A stretch of DNA of 64,000 nucleotides from a candidate division FCPU426 bacterium (GCA_963840035.1 CAWIXE010000002.1:864001-928000), one strand, 5' to 3'; positions 10,284-20,818 are shown, counted from the stretch's first letter. Notes: generated by a model not told the origin, from the letters alone. Numbers and translations: made by a program.

Positions 10284-12152
10284 TTAGTAAACAATTTCCA
10301 CATTATGGACGTTCCTTAGCTCGTCCGCGTCAGACTGCCCCTGCGTTGTAAGCGGGTTACCTGTTAAAAATACGCTGTCCATCATTCCAAAGCCGCCATT
10401 ATCCGCGTTTGTTACAAGCGCTGTTATTTCTTCTATTTGATTATTCTGAAGATTCAGCATCCTCAGCGTTGTGAGGGTTGTCAGCGCTGTAAGGTCTGAA
10501 ATATTGTTATCGGAAAGCCATAGGTCTGACAGGCCGCTAATGGCGGACAACACGGTTATGTCAGTAATGTTATTGTTATTCAGCTGCAGGTTTTTCAGCT
10601 TTGTCAGGCTGCCTGCGGGTGTGATAATTGAAATATTGTTATTGCGGAGGTCGAGCCTGGTTAAGTTTGTCAGAACGCCAAGGCCTGCCATGGATGTTAA
10701 TCCGCAATTGCTCATAACAAGCATATCCAGGCCGGTCAGGGCGCTTAGATCGCCGATGGTTGTAATACTGTTATATGATAAGTAAAGATCTTTTAGCGCG
10801 GACATTCCTGTAAGCGGGCTTATATCTGTTATGAGATTGACGCCAAGGTTGAGGGCGGTCAGTCCTGTCAAACCGGCCAATGGTGTGATATCAGCAACAT
10901 TGTTTCCGCCCAGATAAAGCAATGTAAGTGATGTTAAACCTGCCAGCGGGGCAACGGAATTTACGTCATTTCCATCGAGTTTAAGGTTTTTTAATTTTGT
11001 CATGGCGCTAATGCTGGTAATAGTTGCTATGTTATTGAAGGACAGGTCAAGATATTCCAGGTTAATTAAGCCGCTTAAACCGCCAATATCAGATATCCCG
11101 CAGTTATAAATTGTCAGTTCTTTTAATCCTGTCATACCGGAAATAAAATTAAGGTTTGTTATGGGAGATATGGTTTCGATGAAAAGGCGCGTCAGTTTTG
11201 TAAGAGAACCAAGCGGCGCAAAGTTTGATACAGGGCAGTTGCCTATATACAGGTCTGTCAGGTTTTCAATCAAACCGACCGCGGTTAAGTCGCTTAAACT
11301 TGCATTATATGATAATGTCAGTTTTGTCAGATTAGTACAGTACTGTATTCCGCTTAAATCAGATACGGCGGTGGATGAAAAATCCAGCTCTGTTATGGTT
11401 TCAAGCTCGTACAGGCATATATCCCCGGTTGGCTTCCCCAGCGCTTCCCTTATCTTATCCATAAGGACGCTGTCATGGAAAAGAGCCGGCGTGCACCCGC
11501 GTGTGGCTGTTTGCGTTGCCGTGGCCGTAGCTGTCGCGGTATCTGTGGCTGTATTCGACATTGTGGCTGTCATGGTTCCGGTTGCTGTCTGTGTCACGGT
11601 ATAAGTACAGGTTGCAGTACCTGAGGCAGTGCGCGTCGGCGAGGCTGACGCTGTTTCCGTGGCAGTGCGCGTGGCCGTGGGCGTATAAACGCACAGCATC
11701 AGGTTTATATTGACGCCCGTTGCCGGCACCAGCACATTAGCGGCTCCGGGTGTGTTCGGGTAAATGGCGCCGTAGTAACCGGCGAGGTCTCCGGAATTCC
11801 ATCCCGAGAGCATGCCTGAACCGTTTACATCCACAAAAGCGTAGACAAAATATGTCCCCGGAGCGACATAAGCGCTAAAAGCTATAGTTGATGACGCGCC
11901 GCACATGCCGAAGATCTCTTTTACATCGCCGTTTGAAAATATCAGGTCATTGTCGACGACTATTATGTAATTTTTTCCGCTTTGCGGCGATGACAGTATC
12001 ATGGAACCCGATATGTTTGAAATGTCCTGCGTCGCGGTGATTGTGGCGGTGGGCGTATTGGCGGTAATGTCAGGTCCGGCCGGATTTCTTTTATTATTAC
12101 AGGAAGAAAGCAGTAATGCCAAAGATAAAAAGATTATTATATGCCGTTTCAC
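10284..12152 (-). CDS. Internalin-like leucine-rich-repeat lipoprotein with Thr-rich linker
   Basis: LSSC lipobox, beta domain, (T-x)n tract, then about 15 22-aa LxxLxLxxNxIxDIxxL repeats. Confidence 0.9.
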   Translation of the reverse strand: MKRHIIIFLSLALLLSSCNNKRNPAGPDITANTPTATITATQDISNISGSMILSSPQSGKNYIIVVDNDLIFSNGDVKEIFGMCGASSTIAFSAYVAPGTYFVYAFVDVNGSGMLSGWNSGDLAGYYGAIYPNTPGAANVLVPATGVNINLMLCVYTPTATRTATETASASPTRTASGTATCTYTVTQTATGTMTATMSNTATDTATATATATQTATRGCTPALFHDSVLMDKIREALGKPTGDICLYELETITELDFSSTAVSDLSGIQYCTNLTKLTLSYNASLSDLTAVGLIENLTDLYIGNCPVSNFAPLGSLTKLTRLFIETISPITNLNFISGMTGLKELTIYNCGISDIGGLSGLINLEYLDLSFNNIATITSISAMTKLKNLKLDGNDVNSVAPLAGLTSLTLLYLGGNNVADITPLAGLTGLTALNLGVNLITDISPLTGMSALKDLYLSYNSITTIGDLSALTGLDMLVMSNCGLTSMAGLGVLTNLTRLDLRNNNISIITPAGSLTKLKNLQLNNNNITDITVLSAISGLSDLWLSDNNISDLTALTTLTTLRMLNLQNNQIEEITALVTNADNGGFGMMDSVFLTGNPLTTQGQSDADELRNVHNVEIVY

Positions 12153-12277
12153 GCGCGCCCCCGTAAATATCCCGTTTTTTTATACCCTGTTTATATATCG
12201 AAAATAAGATTACACCCTTGTATAAATTACGTCAAGGCAATAATCGGACGGGGACGCGTGCCGGCAGGATAGGCTAC

Positions 12278-12727
12278 CTACCTGCAGCTTAATACGGCTT
12301 CTTTTCCATAAGTGAGTATGGCTATGCTGTTTTTCAGCTCTCCGTATGACCTGAACGAATACATCTTCATGCCTGGCCCGCTTATCTTTACTTCGCGGCC
12401 AATTTCCCCGGATATTGTCTTTTCAATATCGGCCAGCGTGCATTTATCCGCGTCAAAAGATATTTTTTTCATGTCTTTGAGTTCCATGCTGCCGAACCCG
12501 CCGGGCAGGTATATGGCGCCGTTGGCGTAATCCACTATGAAAGCCACTACACCCGGTAATACAAAAAGCAGCAGGCAAAGCCCGTCCATGGCCACAACGC
12601 CCATGTCGACATTCCCTCCGCGCTGTCCCACGCGGTGAGGGTACATTATGGTCCCGCACCCCGCAAGCAGGATAACCAACACAACGCAGACCGCTCCCCT
12701 TAAAAATACCGTTAACTTCCCGGACAT
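12278..12727 (-). CDS. Conserved membrane lipoprotein
   Basis: LAGC-GTIMYP.R.GQ..G..D...DG..LL....PG..AF.VD...GAIYLP pattern. Start trimmed to ATG 12727 because the longer ORF overlaps the upstream gene. Confidence 0.75.
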   Translation of the reverse strand: MSGKLTVFLRGAVCVVLVILLAGCGTIMYPHRVGQRGGNVDMGVVAMDGLCLLLFVLPGVVAFIVDYANGAIYLPGGFGSMELKDMKKISFDADKCTLADIEKTISGEIGREVKISGPGMKMYSFRSYGELKNSIAILTYGKEAVLSCR

Positions 12728-12738
12728 AAAACACCCCC

Positions 12739-12888
12739 TTAAAGTATTTTTTTCCCCTGTATGACGCGTATGAGCACCGCTATGATAGCGATGATAAGCA
12801 AAAGATGAATGAATCCGTGCAATGTATATCCGCTGACAAGCCCCAATATCCACAGGACAATCAGGATTACTGCCGCTGTCCAAAGCAT
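12739..12888 (-). CDS. lmo0937 family (DUF5670) small membrane protein
   Basis: MLWTAAVILIVLWILGLVSGYTLHGFIHLLLIIAIIAVLIRVIQG; AGGAGG RBS before ATG 12888. Confidence 0.88.
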   Translation of the reverse strand: MLWTAAVILIVLWILGLVSGYTLHGFIHLLLIIAIIAVLIRVIQGKKIL

Positions 12889-13137
12889 AAGGCCTCCTTT
12901 CTGTTTTAATGAAAAAACATTGTGATAACGTAAAATGTCATGGAACTGATACGAAGGGATTGATTTATGGGCGGTATACACAAATTCAGTTCGGAGTGTT
13001 TATCTTTTTAGAGTCCCCTTTAAGCCTCAAAAACAAGGGCGTGTTTACATTCCCTTATATAATATATATCAGCACATCAGGTGAAAGTCAATTCCACGCC
13101 TGTTTTTCATTGATTTTTAAAAGTAAAATTACAGTTA

Positions 13138-13260
13138 TTATTTATTTATACCCCTTATGATAAGCATTACAAGCGCTATTACCACAAGGATGCCCGCTAT
13201 GGTCCATATGTCCCCGTGTCCGGCGCTTATCCCGTTAAACCATCCGCGTATATAATCCAT
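13138..13260 (-). CDS. 40-aa single-TM small protein (absent from ORF track)
   Basis: MDYIRGWFNGISAGHGDIWTIAGILVVIALVMLIIRGINK*; GGAAGG RBS; 37 bp downstream of 13298..13612. Confidence 0.6.
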   Translation of the reverse strand: MDYIRGWFNGISAGHGDIWTIAGILVVIALVMLIIRGINK

Positions 13261-13297
13261 CACACGTTCCTTCCCCGGATAATGTCCGGTAATAATT

Positions 13298-13612
13298 CTA
13301 TTTTGTAAGTTTTGCCGCTTCCAGTTCCTTTATCTCGGCTTCAAGCTTTTTGATCTTGGCCACGTTGGTATTGACAAAAGCGTCCGGGGTAAAATCCGGG
13401 TTTTCCAGCACAAGCGCGTAAACCCTGGCGCCGAGTTCGGCCATTTCGTCCTTGACCAGGTTCTTCAGGCTGAATATTTTGTATCTTTTCCTGCCCTCGT
13501 CCGAAAGTTCAGACGCCTTTTCCTTGACCTTTTCCGCGCCTGATATCAAAGCCGCTTTTCCTTCTTCCACGCCGAGCTTAAGGTCTTCCTTTAATTTGTC
13601 CCAAAAAGTCAT
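13298..13612 (-). CDS. Small helical/coiled-coil hypothetical protein
   Basis: GGAGG RBS; helical, Lys/Glu-rich. Confidence 0.75.
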   Translation of the reverse strand: MTFWDKLKEDLKLGVEEGKAALISGAEKVKEKASELSDEGRKRYKIFSLKNLVKDEMAELGARVYALVLENPDFTPDAFVNTNVAKIKKLEAEIKELEAAKLTK

Positions 13613-13788
13613 TGCACACCTCCGTTTTGCGTCCCCTGCTTTATGCCTGAGGTACGTTATGGACTAATACTACACGAACCGCGCATAATCCGTTATGCCC
13701 GGTTTCCACTTTTGATAGACTTATATCGGAGTTAAAAAGGATGCTGTTTCCGGTGATTAAAAACGGGAGGATTTTAGCCGCTAAATGC

Positions 13789-13884
13789 GAGACACAGCAA
13801 GCTGTGTCTCTACAAAAACCATATAAAATATTAAAGATTTGGCATTTTTAGATTTCTGTAGAGACGCAGACTTGCTGCGTCTCT
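13789..13884. repeat. Pair of GTAG-footed REP-like hairpins
   Basis: gagacacagcaagctgtgtctctac and gtagagacgcagacttgctgcgtctct. Confidence 0.75.
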
Positions 13885-13952
13885 GTTTATGCTCGGTGAC
13901 TTCTTGCCATACGTCCTTATATAATAACAAGTGCCACAGCACTCAATAATTG

Positions 13953-15527
13953 TTAATTGCCCTTCCGCGCCACCCTGAAAGTGTTCAGTATCGAGCAAAC
14001 CAGCGCGTACTCCCGTATCCTGTAACCCAGGCTTACTGTAAACGTGTTAGGGTCTACGGCTGATTTTTCAGTGTAACCTCCATGAAGCACGTTGGGGCTG
14101 CCCGCGGGGGTATCTGCCGGCTCAACACCCCTGTAATCAATAAAAACCGGAGCGGGCTTGCCCGCCGAAGCTTTCTTGTCCGAAGTAGCTTCAGCGTAGT
14201 CGGAAGCGGAGGCGGGATAATCAGCGTAAAAGTCCCACAGCCATTCATTGAGCCTGTTTGGAATATAGACAAACCCGGATTTGTTTTCTTCGTTTTTTAG
14301 CGCTGCCGGGTCAGCCCATTTCTGCCCGTCTATATATGAGGCGGAATAAAGCCACTCGCCTTCCGTGGGCAGCCTGTAGCCGTCCGCGGCCCAGTTTACA
14401 TACGGGTTGTCAAAACTTCCCTTTGCCTTGTTTTCTGAGCTTGGAAAATCCCCGAATTCCGATGTCCTTATGGGATTCTTAAAGGCCGCGTCAGAACAAT
14501 ACACCGGCTTTAGTTTGGTCATTTCGCTGTAAGCATTGCACCACACAATCACGTCGCGGCGGCTGATTCCTATTACCGGCAGTAAAGAGTCCTTGTCCGG
14601 CAGTATCTTGTCACGGAAACGGTCGCCAAAAGCCCTGCCCTCAATATTGAATTTATATCCGTTTCTTCCGGCCCATTCCCTCACTACATACCAGAGTTCA
14701 TAGGTAACTGTGTTTTTGCCGATTTTGAACGGGGAAAGGATATTTTTAAAGGACTTTGTCCCGTCAGACTGCGTGAATTCCCCGCCTTTCATGCTGATGA
14801 GTTCCGTATTCTTCAGTTGCTCAGGTTTTTTATACACGTAAGGCGGAACCGGAGTGGGGGTGTAATTCGCCACGACTTCCGCGGTCTTTTGCTCAGCCAC
14901 TGCTGTTTTCTCTTGGCTTATGGCAACCATGGTTTCATCAGGCACCGGCTCTATCTTCCCTTCACTCATGTAGTAATTTACGTCGAACATATCCAGGTTT
15001 ATCAGGCCGAAGTCCGCCGGGACGTAATGTTTTTCTTCAACGTCGTTCTCAAGGTTATAATTTGCGTCGTCAAACTTTACCAGCTGCCAATTTTTGTCCC
15101 TGCGCGAATAACCGAACTCGGAGTTGTTTGACCATTTGAAATTAGAGCCGCCAAAATGGTCCACCCCGAACTTCTTTTTTTCTGCCCATATCCTTACAAA
15201 AGGGTCTCCATATACCCCTCCGCATTCTTTGCACAGTATGGCGCGTTTGCTTCTTGCGGCTATAGAGTACTTTTTACCCTGGTTAATGACAACCAGAAGC
15301 TCCCTTTCCGCGTTTAAATATTCAAAAGCCACAAGATAATCGTCCTTGCCATCGCCGTTTAAGTCGGCTTTGACCGAGGCTATGACATCACCGCTGTCCG
15401 GCAACACCTTTGCCGCGGCCTCAGGCAGATCCACGGTGGACCTGTCAGGGTCGTCGCCCATCATGGCAAAACAGAGAACCCCGGGAAAAAGCAGGATAAC
15501 AGCGGATAACAATAAAATTTTTCTCAT
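13953..15527 (-). CDS. Secreted protein: CxxC N-terminal domain plus FGE-sulfatase/SUMF1-like domain
   Basis: MKGGEF, VTYELW, DVIVWCNAYSE, GYRLPTEGEW, EWLWD; C-terminus degenerate. Confidence 0.85.
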   Translation of the reverse strand: MRKILLLSAVILLFPGVLCFAMMGDDPDRSTVDLPEAAAKVLPDSGDVIASVKADLNGDGKDDYLVAFEYLNAERELLVVINQGKKYSIAARSKRAILCKECGGVYGDPFVRIWAEKKKFGVDHFGGSNFKWSNNSEFGYSRRDKNWQLVKFDDANYNLENDVEEKHYVPADFGLINLDMFDVNYYMSEGKIEPVPDETMVAISQEKTAVAEQKTAEVVANYTPTPVPPYVYKKPEQLKNTELISMKGGEFTQSDGTKSFKNILSPFKIGKNTVTYELWYVVREWAGRNGYKFNIEGRAFGDRFRDKILPDKDSLLPVIGISRRDVIVWCNAYSEMTKLKPVYCSDAAFKNPIRTSEFGDFPSSENKAKGSFDNPYVNWAADGYRLPTEGEWLYSASYIDGQKWADPAALKNEENKSGFVYIPNRLNEWLWDFYADYPASASDYAEATSDKKASAGKPAPVFIDYRGVEPADTPAGSPNVLHGGYTEKSAVDPNTFTVSLGYRIREYALVCSILNTFRVARKGN

Positions 15528-15632
15528 TATAAATCCTCCTTAAAATATTCCGGCATTTACCCGGTAGTTCATGAACCGCCCGGAACACCTGTAAACATAT
15601 ATGATACAGTCGGAATTGTAGTCATTCTTGTC

Positions 15633-15747
15633 TGTCATTGCGAGGAGGCGTTTTTGTTACTTGCCGACGAAGCAATCTCGCTGTTCCAGAAGGAAAAAAC
15701 GAGATTGCTTCGTCGCCATAAACCAACGGCGGCTCCTCGCAATGACA
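15633..15747. repeat. Long palindromic element (GTCATTGCGAG...CTCGCAATGAC family)
   Basis: tgtcattgcgaggag..cgacgaagcaatctcg..cgagattgcttcgtcg..ctcctcgcaatgaca. Confidence 0.8.
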
Positions 15748-15794
15748 ACAAAAAAACACAACTACAAGAACCGGGCATTCCTACAGCATCTATA

Positions 15795-17660
15795 TTAGTG
15801 CCATGAAGGGCTGTCCACATCGTACATGGTAGACGCGCTGCTTCGGTCCATATCCTCTGCGTTTGCGCAGTCTGCATCCATTATAAAGATCCCTTTATTC
15901 CTGCTTAAAGGTTTGAAGGCTATATGCTTGCCATCAGGCGACCACACAGCCTGCTTGCCTGATTGTTTACAGTACATTTGTTTTTCATCCGTGCCATCTG
16001 CGTTTATGGTATAGAACATTGTGTCCCTTGAAAAAAGTATTTTCCTGCCGTCAGGCGACCAGCACGGTGTTTCGTCCTTTTTATCCCCGGAGTATTTTGT
16101 AAGCTGAATTTCATTTTTGCCGTCAGCGTCCATGATAAAAATACTTGTGCGCCCGGCGCGCGTGCTTTGAAACACTATTTTTTTGCCGTCAGGCGACCAG
16201 GACGGGCTTTCGTTATGAAACTTATTGTCTGTCAGGGCCGCGAGCCCGGTTCCGTCAGGGTTAATCACGCATATGTCATTGTTGTTGCCGGCGCTGAAGC
16301 GTATAAAGACAATCTTCCGGCTGTCCGGGGACCATTTTGGCTGCAGTTTGGCCATTGGGCCGTCTGTAATCTGTTTTTTATCCGTGCCGTCCGGGTTCAT
16401 GACATATAGCTGGTCTGTCTGAGCGTCCTTTCCCGTACCGTAGTCAGCGTAGGTTATTTTAGCGCGGTCTTTTGAAAGGCACGGTTCCTTCGCGGTATTG
16501 CTGTCCGTTAACTTTTTCTGGTTTGTGCCGTCCGTGCCTGCTATGAACACATTGCTCCCGCCATCGCGGCCGGAAGCGTAAGCAATCAGCCCCTGCAATC
16601 CCCTGTCCGGTTTTTCCCATTTGACAGTCTTATCCGCTGAAGCGGAAATTACGCACGGTTCATAATTACTTTCATCAGAATAATCAATTATAGAAAACGG
16701 TTTATACACGGGGTTGAGCACATAGAGGCTGCGGCCTGATCCGTTGTCTTCGTACTTGATTGGAAATATCATGCTCTTCCCGCCATTTACCCATACAGCC
16801 GAACTTTCCGGGGTGTTATCCGGCAGCCCCATCCATGTTTCTTTGTTTTTTCCTTCAACATCCATGCAGCTTATGGATGACTGTCTTGTCATGCTGTCCC
16901 TTATATAAACGGAAAAATAGAATATTTTCCTGCCGTCAGGCGACCAAAACGGCCTTGTGTGAGGGCCTTCCTGATTTGTCAGCCGTTTCCTGTTTTTTCC
17001 GTCGGCGTCCATTATGTATATTTTGGTCCGGCCGTCGTTATTATATGCAACGCGCCTGCCGTCAGGCACGCTGTATTCGTCAAATTCCTCCTCGTCATCC
17101 CCGCCGCTATCCGCGTCCTGCGGTTTGTTTAATTCCGCCTTATCGCTTTCAAAGACGATTTTTTTGCCGTCCGGGGATACTGCCGGATTTAAGTCGTTAA
17201 ATTTTCCGCCGGTGAGTTTTTTAACATCTTTCCCATCCGCGCCGGAGGTGTATATCCCGAAGCGGCCGGATTCATTTGAGGCATATATTATCCTGCGCGA
17301 TGAGGGAAACCAGCCCGGCCCGTCTTTTATAAACTTATTGTCCGTTATTTTGCGCAGGTTATTTCCGGAGGAGTCCATGATATAGAGGTCGTCTTTTTCC
17401 ATGACGCGGTCAGAGTTTGTCAAAGGCCCTGCCGCGGCGAGGATATTATTCCCGTCCGGGGACGCGCTGATGCGGAAGAAAACTATTTCTTTATTGTCTG
17501 TAATCCTTTTTATCTCTTTTGTATTCATGTTCACAACATAAACCTGTCCGATTTCCTCCGTGCTGTCCGATATGAATGCCAGTTTCTGCGCGCTATCCGC
17601 CGCATACGCCGGAACAAATGTAACAAAAAAAAGCAACGCAAGTATTTTATAAATCCTCAT
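15795..17660 (-). CDS. TolB-like protein with two PD40 beta-propellers
   Basis: Signal peptide; many P.WSPDG.KI.F and IYIMDADG repeats. Confidence 0.9.
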   Translation of the reverse strand: MRIYKILALLFFVTFVPAYAADSAQKLAFISDSTEEIGQVYVVNMNTKEIKRITDNKEIVFFRISASPDGNNILAAAGPLTNSDRVMEKDDLYIMDSSGNNLRKITDNKFIKDGPGWFPSSRRIIYASNESGRFGIYTSGADGKDVKKLTGGKFNDLNPAVSPDGKKIVFESDKAELNKPQDADSGGDDEEEFDEYSVPDGRRVAYNNDGRTKIYIMDADGKNRKRLTNQEGPHTRPFWSPDGRKIFYFSVYIRDSMTRQSSISCMDVEGKNKETWMGLPDNTPESSAVWVNGGKSMIFPIKYEDNGSGRSLYVLNPVYKPFSIIDYSDESNYEPCVISASADKTVKWEKPDRGLQGLIAYASGRDGGSNVFIAGTDGTNQKKLTDSNTAKEPCLSKDRAKITYADYGTGKDAQTDQLYVMNPDGTDKKQITDGPMAKLQPKWSPDSRKIVFIRFSAGNNNDICVINPDGTGLAALTDNKFHNESPSWSPDGKKIVFQSTRAGRTSIFIMDADGKNEIQLTKYSGDKKDETPCWSPDGRKILFSRDTMFYTINADGTDEKQMYCKQSGKQAVWSPDGKHIAFKPLSRNKGIFIMDADCANAEDMDRSSASTMYDVDSPSWH

Positions 17661-17679
17661 TGATACACCTCAATTAATT

Positions 17680-19101
17680 TTACCATGACAAGCCGTCCAC
17701 CAGCCCATTATCCCCGCCAATCACGATACGTGACTTTCCGCCTTCCTCAACCGGCGCAATAAAGATGTAATCTGATGTATATGAAAGCCCGTACTTTTCA
17801 TCTTTAGACCAGAATATCGATCCATAACCCGACCACGCCTCGCACTTTAAAACCCTTATGCTGCCGTTTCCTGCGTCAACTATTCCGTAGCCGCCTTTGA
17901 CCAGGGTCAGCAGCCTGTTCCCGTCCTGCGACCAGGCAATACCGGACTTTCCGGCCCCGGCAAGAAGAGGCTTTTCATTGCCTGAATTTAAGTCCAGGAC
18001 CGTGAGCGTTCCGCTCCGGTAATATGCCAGTCTTGATGAATCCGGAGCCCAGCAAAGCGAGCCTATACTGTCGTTTTTGCCTAATTCTTTCACGGTCTTT
18101 GTCACGCCGTCGGCCGACCTTATGTAAAAGCAGCTGTGGTTGTAGTCGCTGTTGCTCCTTAGCCCCGTTATCGCAAAATATTTTCCGTCAGGCGACCACT
18201 TCATGTCATATATAGTTCCGTCCTTTTCATAATCATATCTGAATATTTTTATTACATCTTTGAAAAGCAGCTTTTCGCCGCGGCCGTCCGCGCCTGTCAC
18301 GTACATATCATTATTTCGTATAAAGGCAATTTGTTTTCTGTCAGCTGACCAGTTCGGATGGCCGACCTTGCGGTAAAACCTGTCGCCGGTTATGTATCTG
18401 ATATTTGTCCCGTCAGGCCTGATCACATAGGCCGCGCCGTCGACAGTGTAGAGTATGTCGTCAGGGAACATTTCAGTTTTTATCCCGGCAGCCGGCCACG
18501 ACTCTATCTTTTTATTGCTCATATAATGCGCTATATCGAAATCTTCAAGGTTTATAAGTCCAAAATTCTCAGGTTTCAGTTCTGTGTTCTCAGCTCCGGA
18601 AAAGTATGTCAGCTGCCATTTGTTATCGCGTTTGGAATAGCCGAATTTCGCGGCTATGCCCCATGGCTCGCCGTACCGGTCTTCGAATTTATGGAGTATG
18701 GTAAAAGACTTTGCCACAGCTTTAATGTTAAGAAAAGGGTCATTATCAGGCGCGCCGCATTCAGAGCAAAGCACGGCCCGTGTCGACCTGGAAGCCACAG
18801 TGAAACCTTTATCCGCGGCAATAATTATCAGCAGTTCGCGGAAGCGCCTGCCCTCTTTTTCTTTGGCTTTCATCAGTGCGTCATTGTCGTCAGCAGGGTC
18901 TTTGTATTGGATTATCACGGCATAGTCGTTTTGTTTGTCGCCGTTTAAATCCGCTGACGCGGACGCCAGAATGTCCGGGTTTTCAGGCAGAAGTTTTTTT
19001 ACGCCGTCAGGCAGGACCGCAAGGCTTCCGTAGTTGTAGGAAAAGCAAAATACCGGCAATAACATAACGCAAAGCAAAAATAATTTTGACCTGTTTTTCA
19101 T
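17680..19101 (-). CDS. Secreted protein: CxxC N-terminal domain plus PD40 propeller
   Basis: N-terminal domain homologous to that of 13953..15527; WSxDG repeats. Confidence 0.85.
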   Translation of the reverse strand: MKNRSKLFLLCVMLLPVFCFSYNYGSLAVLPDGVKKLLPENPDILASASADLNGDKQNDYAVIIQYKDPADDNDALMKAKEKEGRRFRELLIIIAADKGFTVASRSTRAVLCSECGAPDNDPFLNIKAVAKSFTILHKFEDRYGEPWGIAAKFGYSKRDNKWQLTYFSGAENTELKPENFGLINLEDFDIAHYMSNKKIESWPAAGIKTEMFPDDILYTVDGAAYVIRPDGTNIRYITGDRFYRKVGHPNWSADRKQIAFIRNNDMYVTGADGRGEKLLFKDVIKIFRYDYEKDGTIYDMKWSPDGKYFAITGLRSNSDYNHSCFYIRSADGVTKTVKELGKNDSIGSLCWAPDSSRLAYYRSGTLTVLDLNSGNEKPLLAGAGKSGIAWSQDGNRLLTLVKGGYGIVDAGNGSIRVLKCEAWSGYGSIFWSKDEKYGLSYTSDYIFIAPVEEGGKSRIVIGGDNGLVDGLSW

Positions 19102-19285
19102 CCCTGTCTCCCGTGGTTGTTTTTGACATCCGGTATATATTATAATAACCCAACTGGCATACCTATCTCAACCATTTTATTTGACGTGCGGGAGTTATTT
19201 TAGTTTACACACTTATAAATATCTCAATAAATGCCGGAATTCGATTATCCCGGCGTAAAAGCGCCCGGTTTGTATTGTCCGGCGG

Positions 19286-19702
19286 TTATAAAAGAGTAAG
19301 CTTTCCCTTGTTTTTTCTGATTTCATTATAATTATATATTACCGTCTTTGACTCTTCTATCCAGTTTCTGAGCGGTTTTTTGTCAATGTCGGAAATTGTT
19401 TTGTATTTGACTTCCGCGGCCATAAATGAGCCTTCGGGGGTTAATCCGGGGGTCTTAAAGCCCCTGCCTGACCAGAAAAGCAGCGTCACATGGTCTTTAT
19501 TTTTGGAAACAGAATATCCCACTGCCGGGTTATCCTCCACAAACCAGACCGGCATCTCATAGTAAATTTTTCCCGAGTTCTTCGGCATGATGCCGCTTAT
19601 GGTCTTTCTTAAGACTTCGCAAAGCGGCCCGAACTCTTTGCCCGCTTTTGCCGAATACTCCACCGCGTCATTGAACTTCGCCCGCGTATGCTGTTTTTTC
19701 AT
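19286..19702 (-). CDS. DUF1801 (YdhG-like) protein
   Basis: KIYY.MPVWF...PAVGY...VTLLFWSG..F...L..EGSF.AAE. Confidence 0.85.
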   Translation of the reverse strand: MKKQHTRAKFNDAVEYSAKAGKEFGPLCEVLRKTISGIMPKNSGKIYYEMPVWFVEDNPAVGYSVSKNKDHVTLLFWSGRGFKTPGLTPEGSFMAAEVKYKTISDIDKKPLRNWIEESKTVIYNYNEIRKNKGKLTLL

Positions 19703-19766
19703 AAAACCTCCGTATTAATATTCATTTACAGGAAACCGATGAAACACTCAGCCCCGCGTCCAAATT

Positions 19767-19800
19767 AAAAACCCCGCCTTTTTATCCGGCAGGGTTTTTA
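19767..19800 (-). terminator. Probable intrinsic terminator
   Basis: aaaaaccccgcc...ggcagggttttt downstream of 19863..20564. Confidence 0.55.
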
Positions 19801-19862
19801 TGTTTAAAGTATACTCTAAAAAATGATTTAATAGAAGCGTTATTACCGCCGGCGCAGCACGG

Positions 19863-20564
19863 CTATTTTAGGGTGTAATAAACCGTCAGCTTAGGCCTTA
19901 CGACCGTGTCCGCGGCCTCTGACGAATCCAGCGCGATTTTACCGTAGGATGTTGTGCCTTCATTCGTGCTTTTCAGTATGACGCCATAATTTGTCACCGA
20001 TTCTTTTATCCAGCCCTCGACCATGGCTTTATCAAGTGAGAGCGTTATCTCAGTACTGTTCATGTTTACGCTCACGGTATCGCTTGCAGCTGTTGCCGTG
20101 TAGCTCCCCTCCGCGCCTCCGCCAAGCCACGCGTAGGTGCCTACCGAATATGACCAGCATGCGCCGTCATCCCAGTATCTGTTCATCTTATAAGCCTTAA
20201 AGCCCGGGACAGTGCCGCTGTACGCGCCGTAATTAAAGGTCAGGTACGCGCCCAAGACAGTCACATTATCCGGGTCCACAGCGCTTAAGTCAAACTTGAT
20301 AAGCGGCCTGCCTGTATATGACGCGGTTGATGCCATTTCTATCTCGGCGGCGTTCTCATATAAAGTGGTTGGATTAACAGTGGAAAGCCAGGTGTCCATC
20401 ACGCCGGCATAACCGGCGTAAGGCTGTGTGCCCTGCTGAAATACCATTTTAATGACGCCAAGCGAAGGATCCCCCGATGGCCCCTGAGGACCTGTATCGC
20501 CTTTGCATGAAATCATAACGCAGGCGGCAACAACAAGCAGCACAAACAAAGTAATTTTTTTCAT
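19863..20564 (-). CDS. DNRLRE-like domain lipoprotein
   Basis: MISC lipobox, short GPxG motif, FQQG..YAG..DT, LIKFDLS, NYGVILK, RPKLTVYY. Confidence 0.8.
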   Translation of the reverse strand: MKKITLFVLLVVAACVMISCKGDTGPQGPSGDPSLGVIKMVFQQGTQPYAGYAGVMDTWLSTVNPTTLYENAAEIEMASTASYTGRPLIKFDLSAVDPDNVTVLGAYLTFNYGAYSGTVPGFKAYKMNRYWDDGACWSYSVGTYAWLGGGAEGSYTATAASDTVSVNMNSTEITLSLDKAMVEGWIKESVTNYGVILKSTNEGTTSYGKIALDSSEAADTVVRPKLTVYYTLK

Positions 20565-20685
20565 AGAACCTCCAGAAACGAAGTATTTTTTCCCCTTTAA
20601 ATCATGTTTATGAGATTATTATAAATAAATCTTATTGTCAATATTTATAAAAATCACATTATAGCCGAACACACTTTTGCCTTTC

Positions 20686-20799
20686 GAAGAGCCGCCGCTT
20701 GCCGCGGCTCAAGGCAGGCATGTAATTATTGTACCACTGGTTTGGGCTCAGCCCGAAATACCGGATCCAACCCTGAGCCGCAGCAAGCGGCGGCTCTAC
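20686..20799. repeat. Inverted pair of GTAG-type REP-like hairpins
   Basis: gagccgccgcttgccgcggctc ... gagccgcagcaagcggcggctctac. Confidence 0.7.
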
Positions 20800-20818
20800 A
20801 ATTGCTTAAAATTTTTTG

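Noticed and set aside
13953..14200. DGR variable region in the FGE/CLec-like C-terminus
   Set aside because: No template repeat or reverse transcriptase seen in the window.
15795..17660. tolB gene symbol
   Set aside because: No TolB N-terminal domain recognised and no tol-pal context; generic PD40 propellers.
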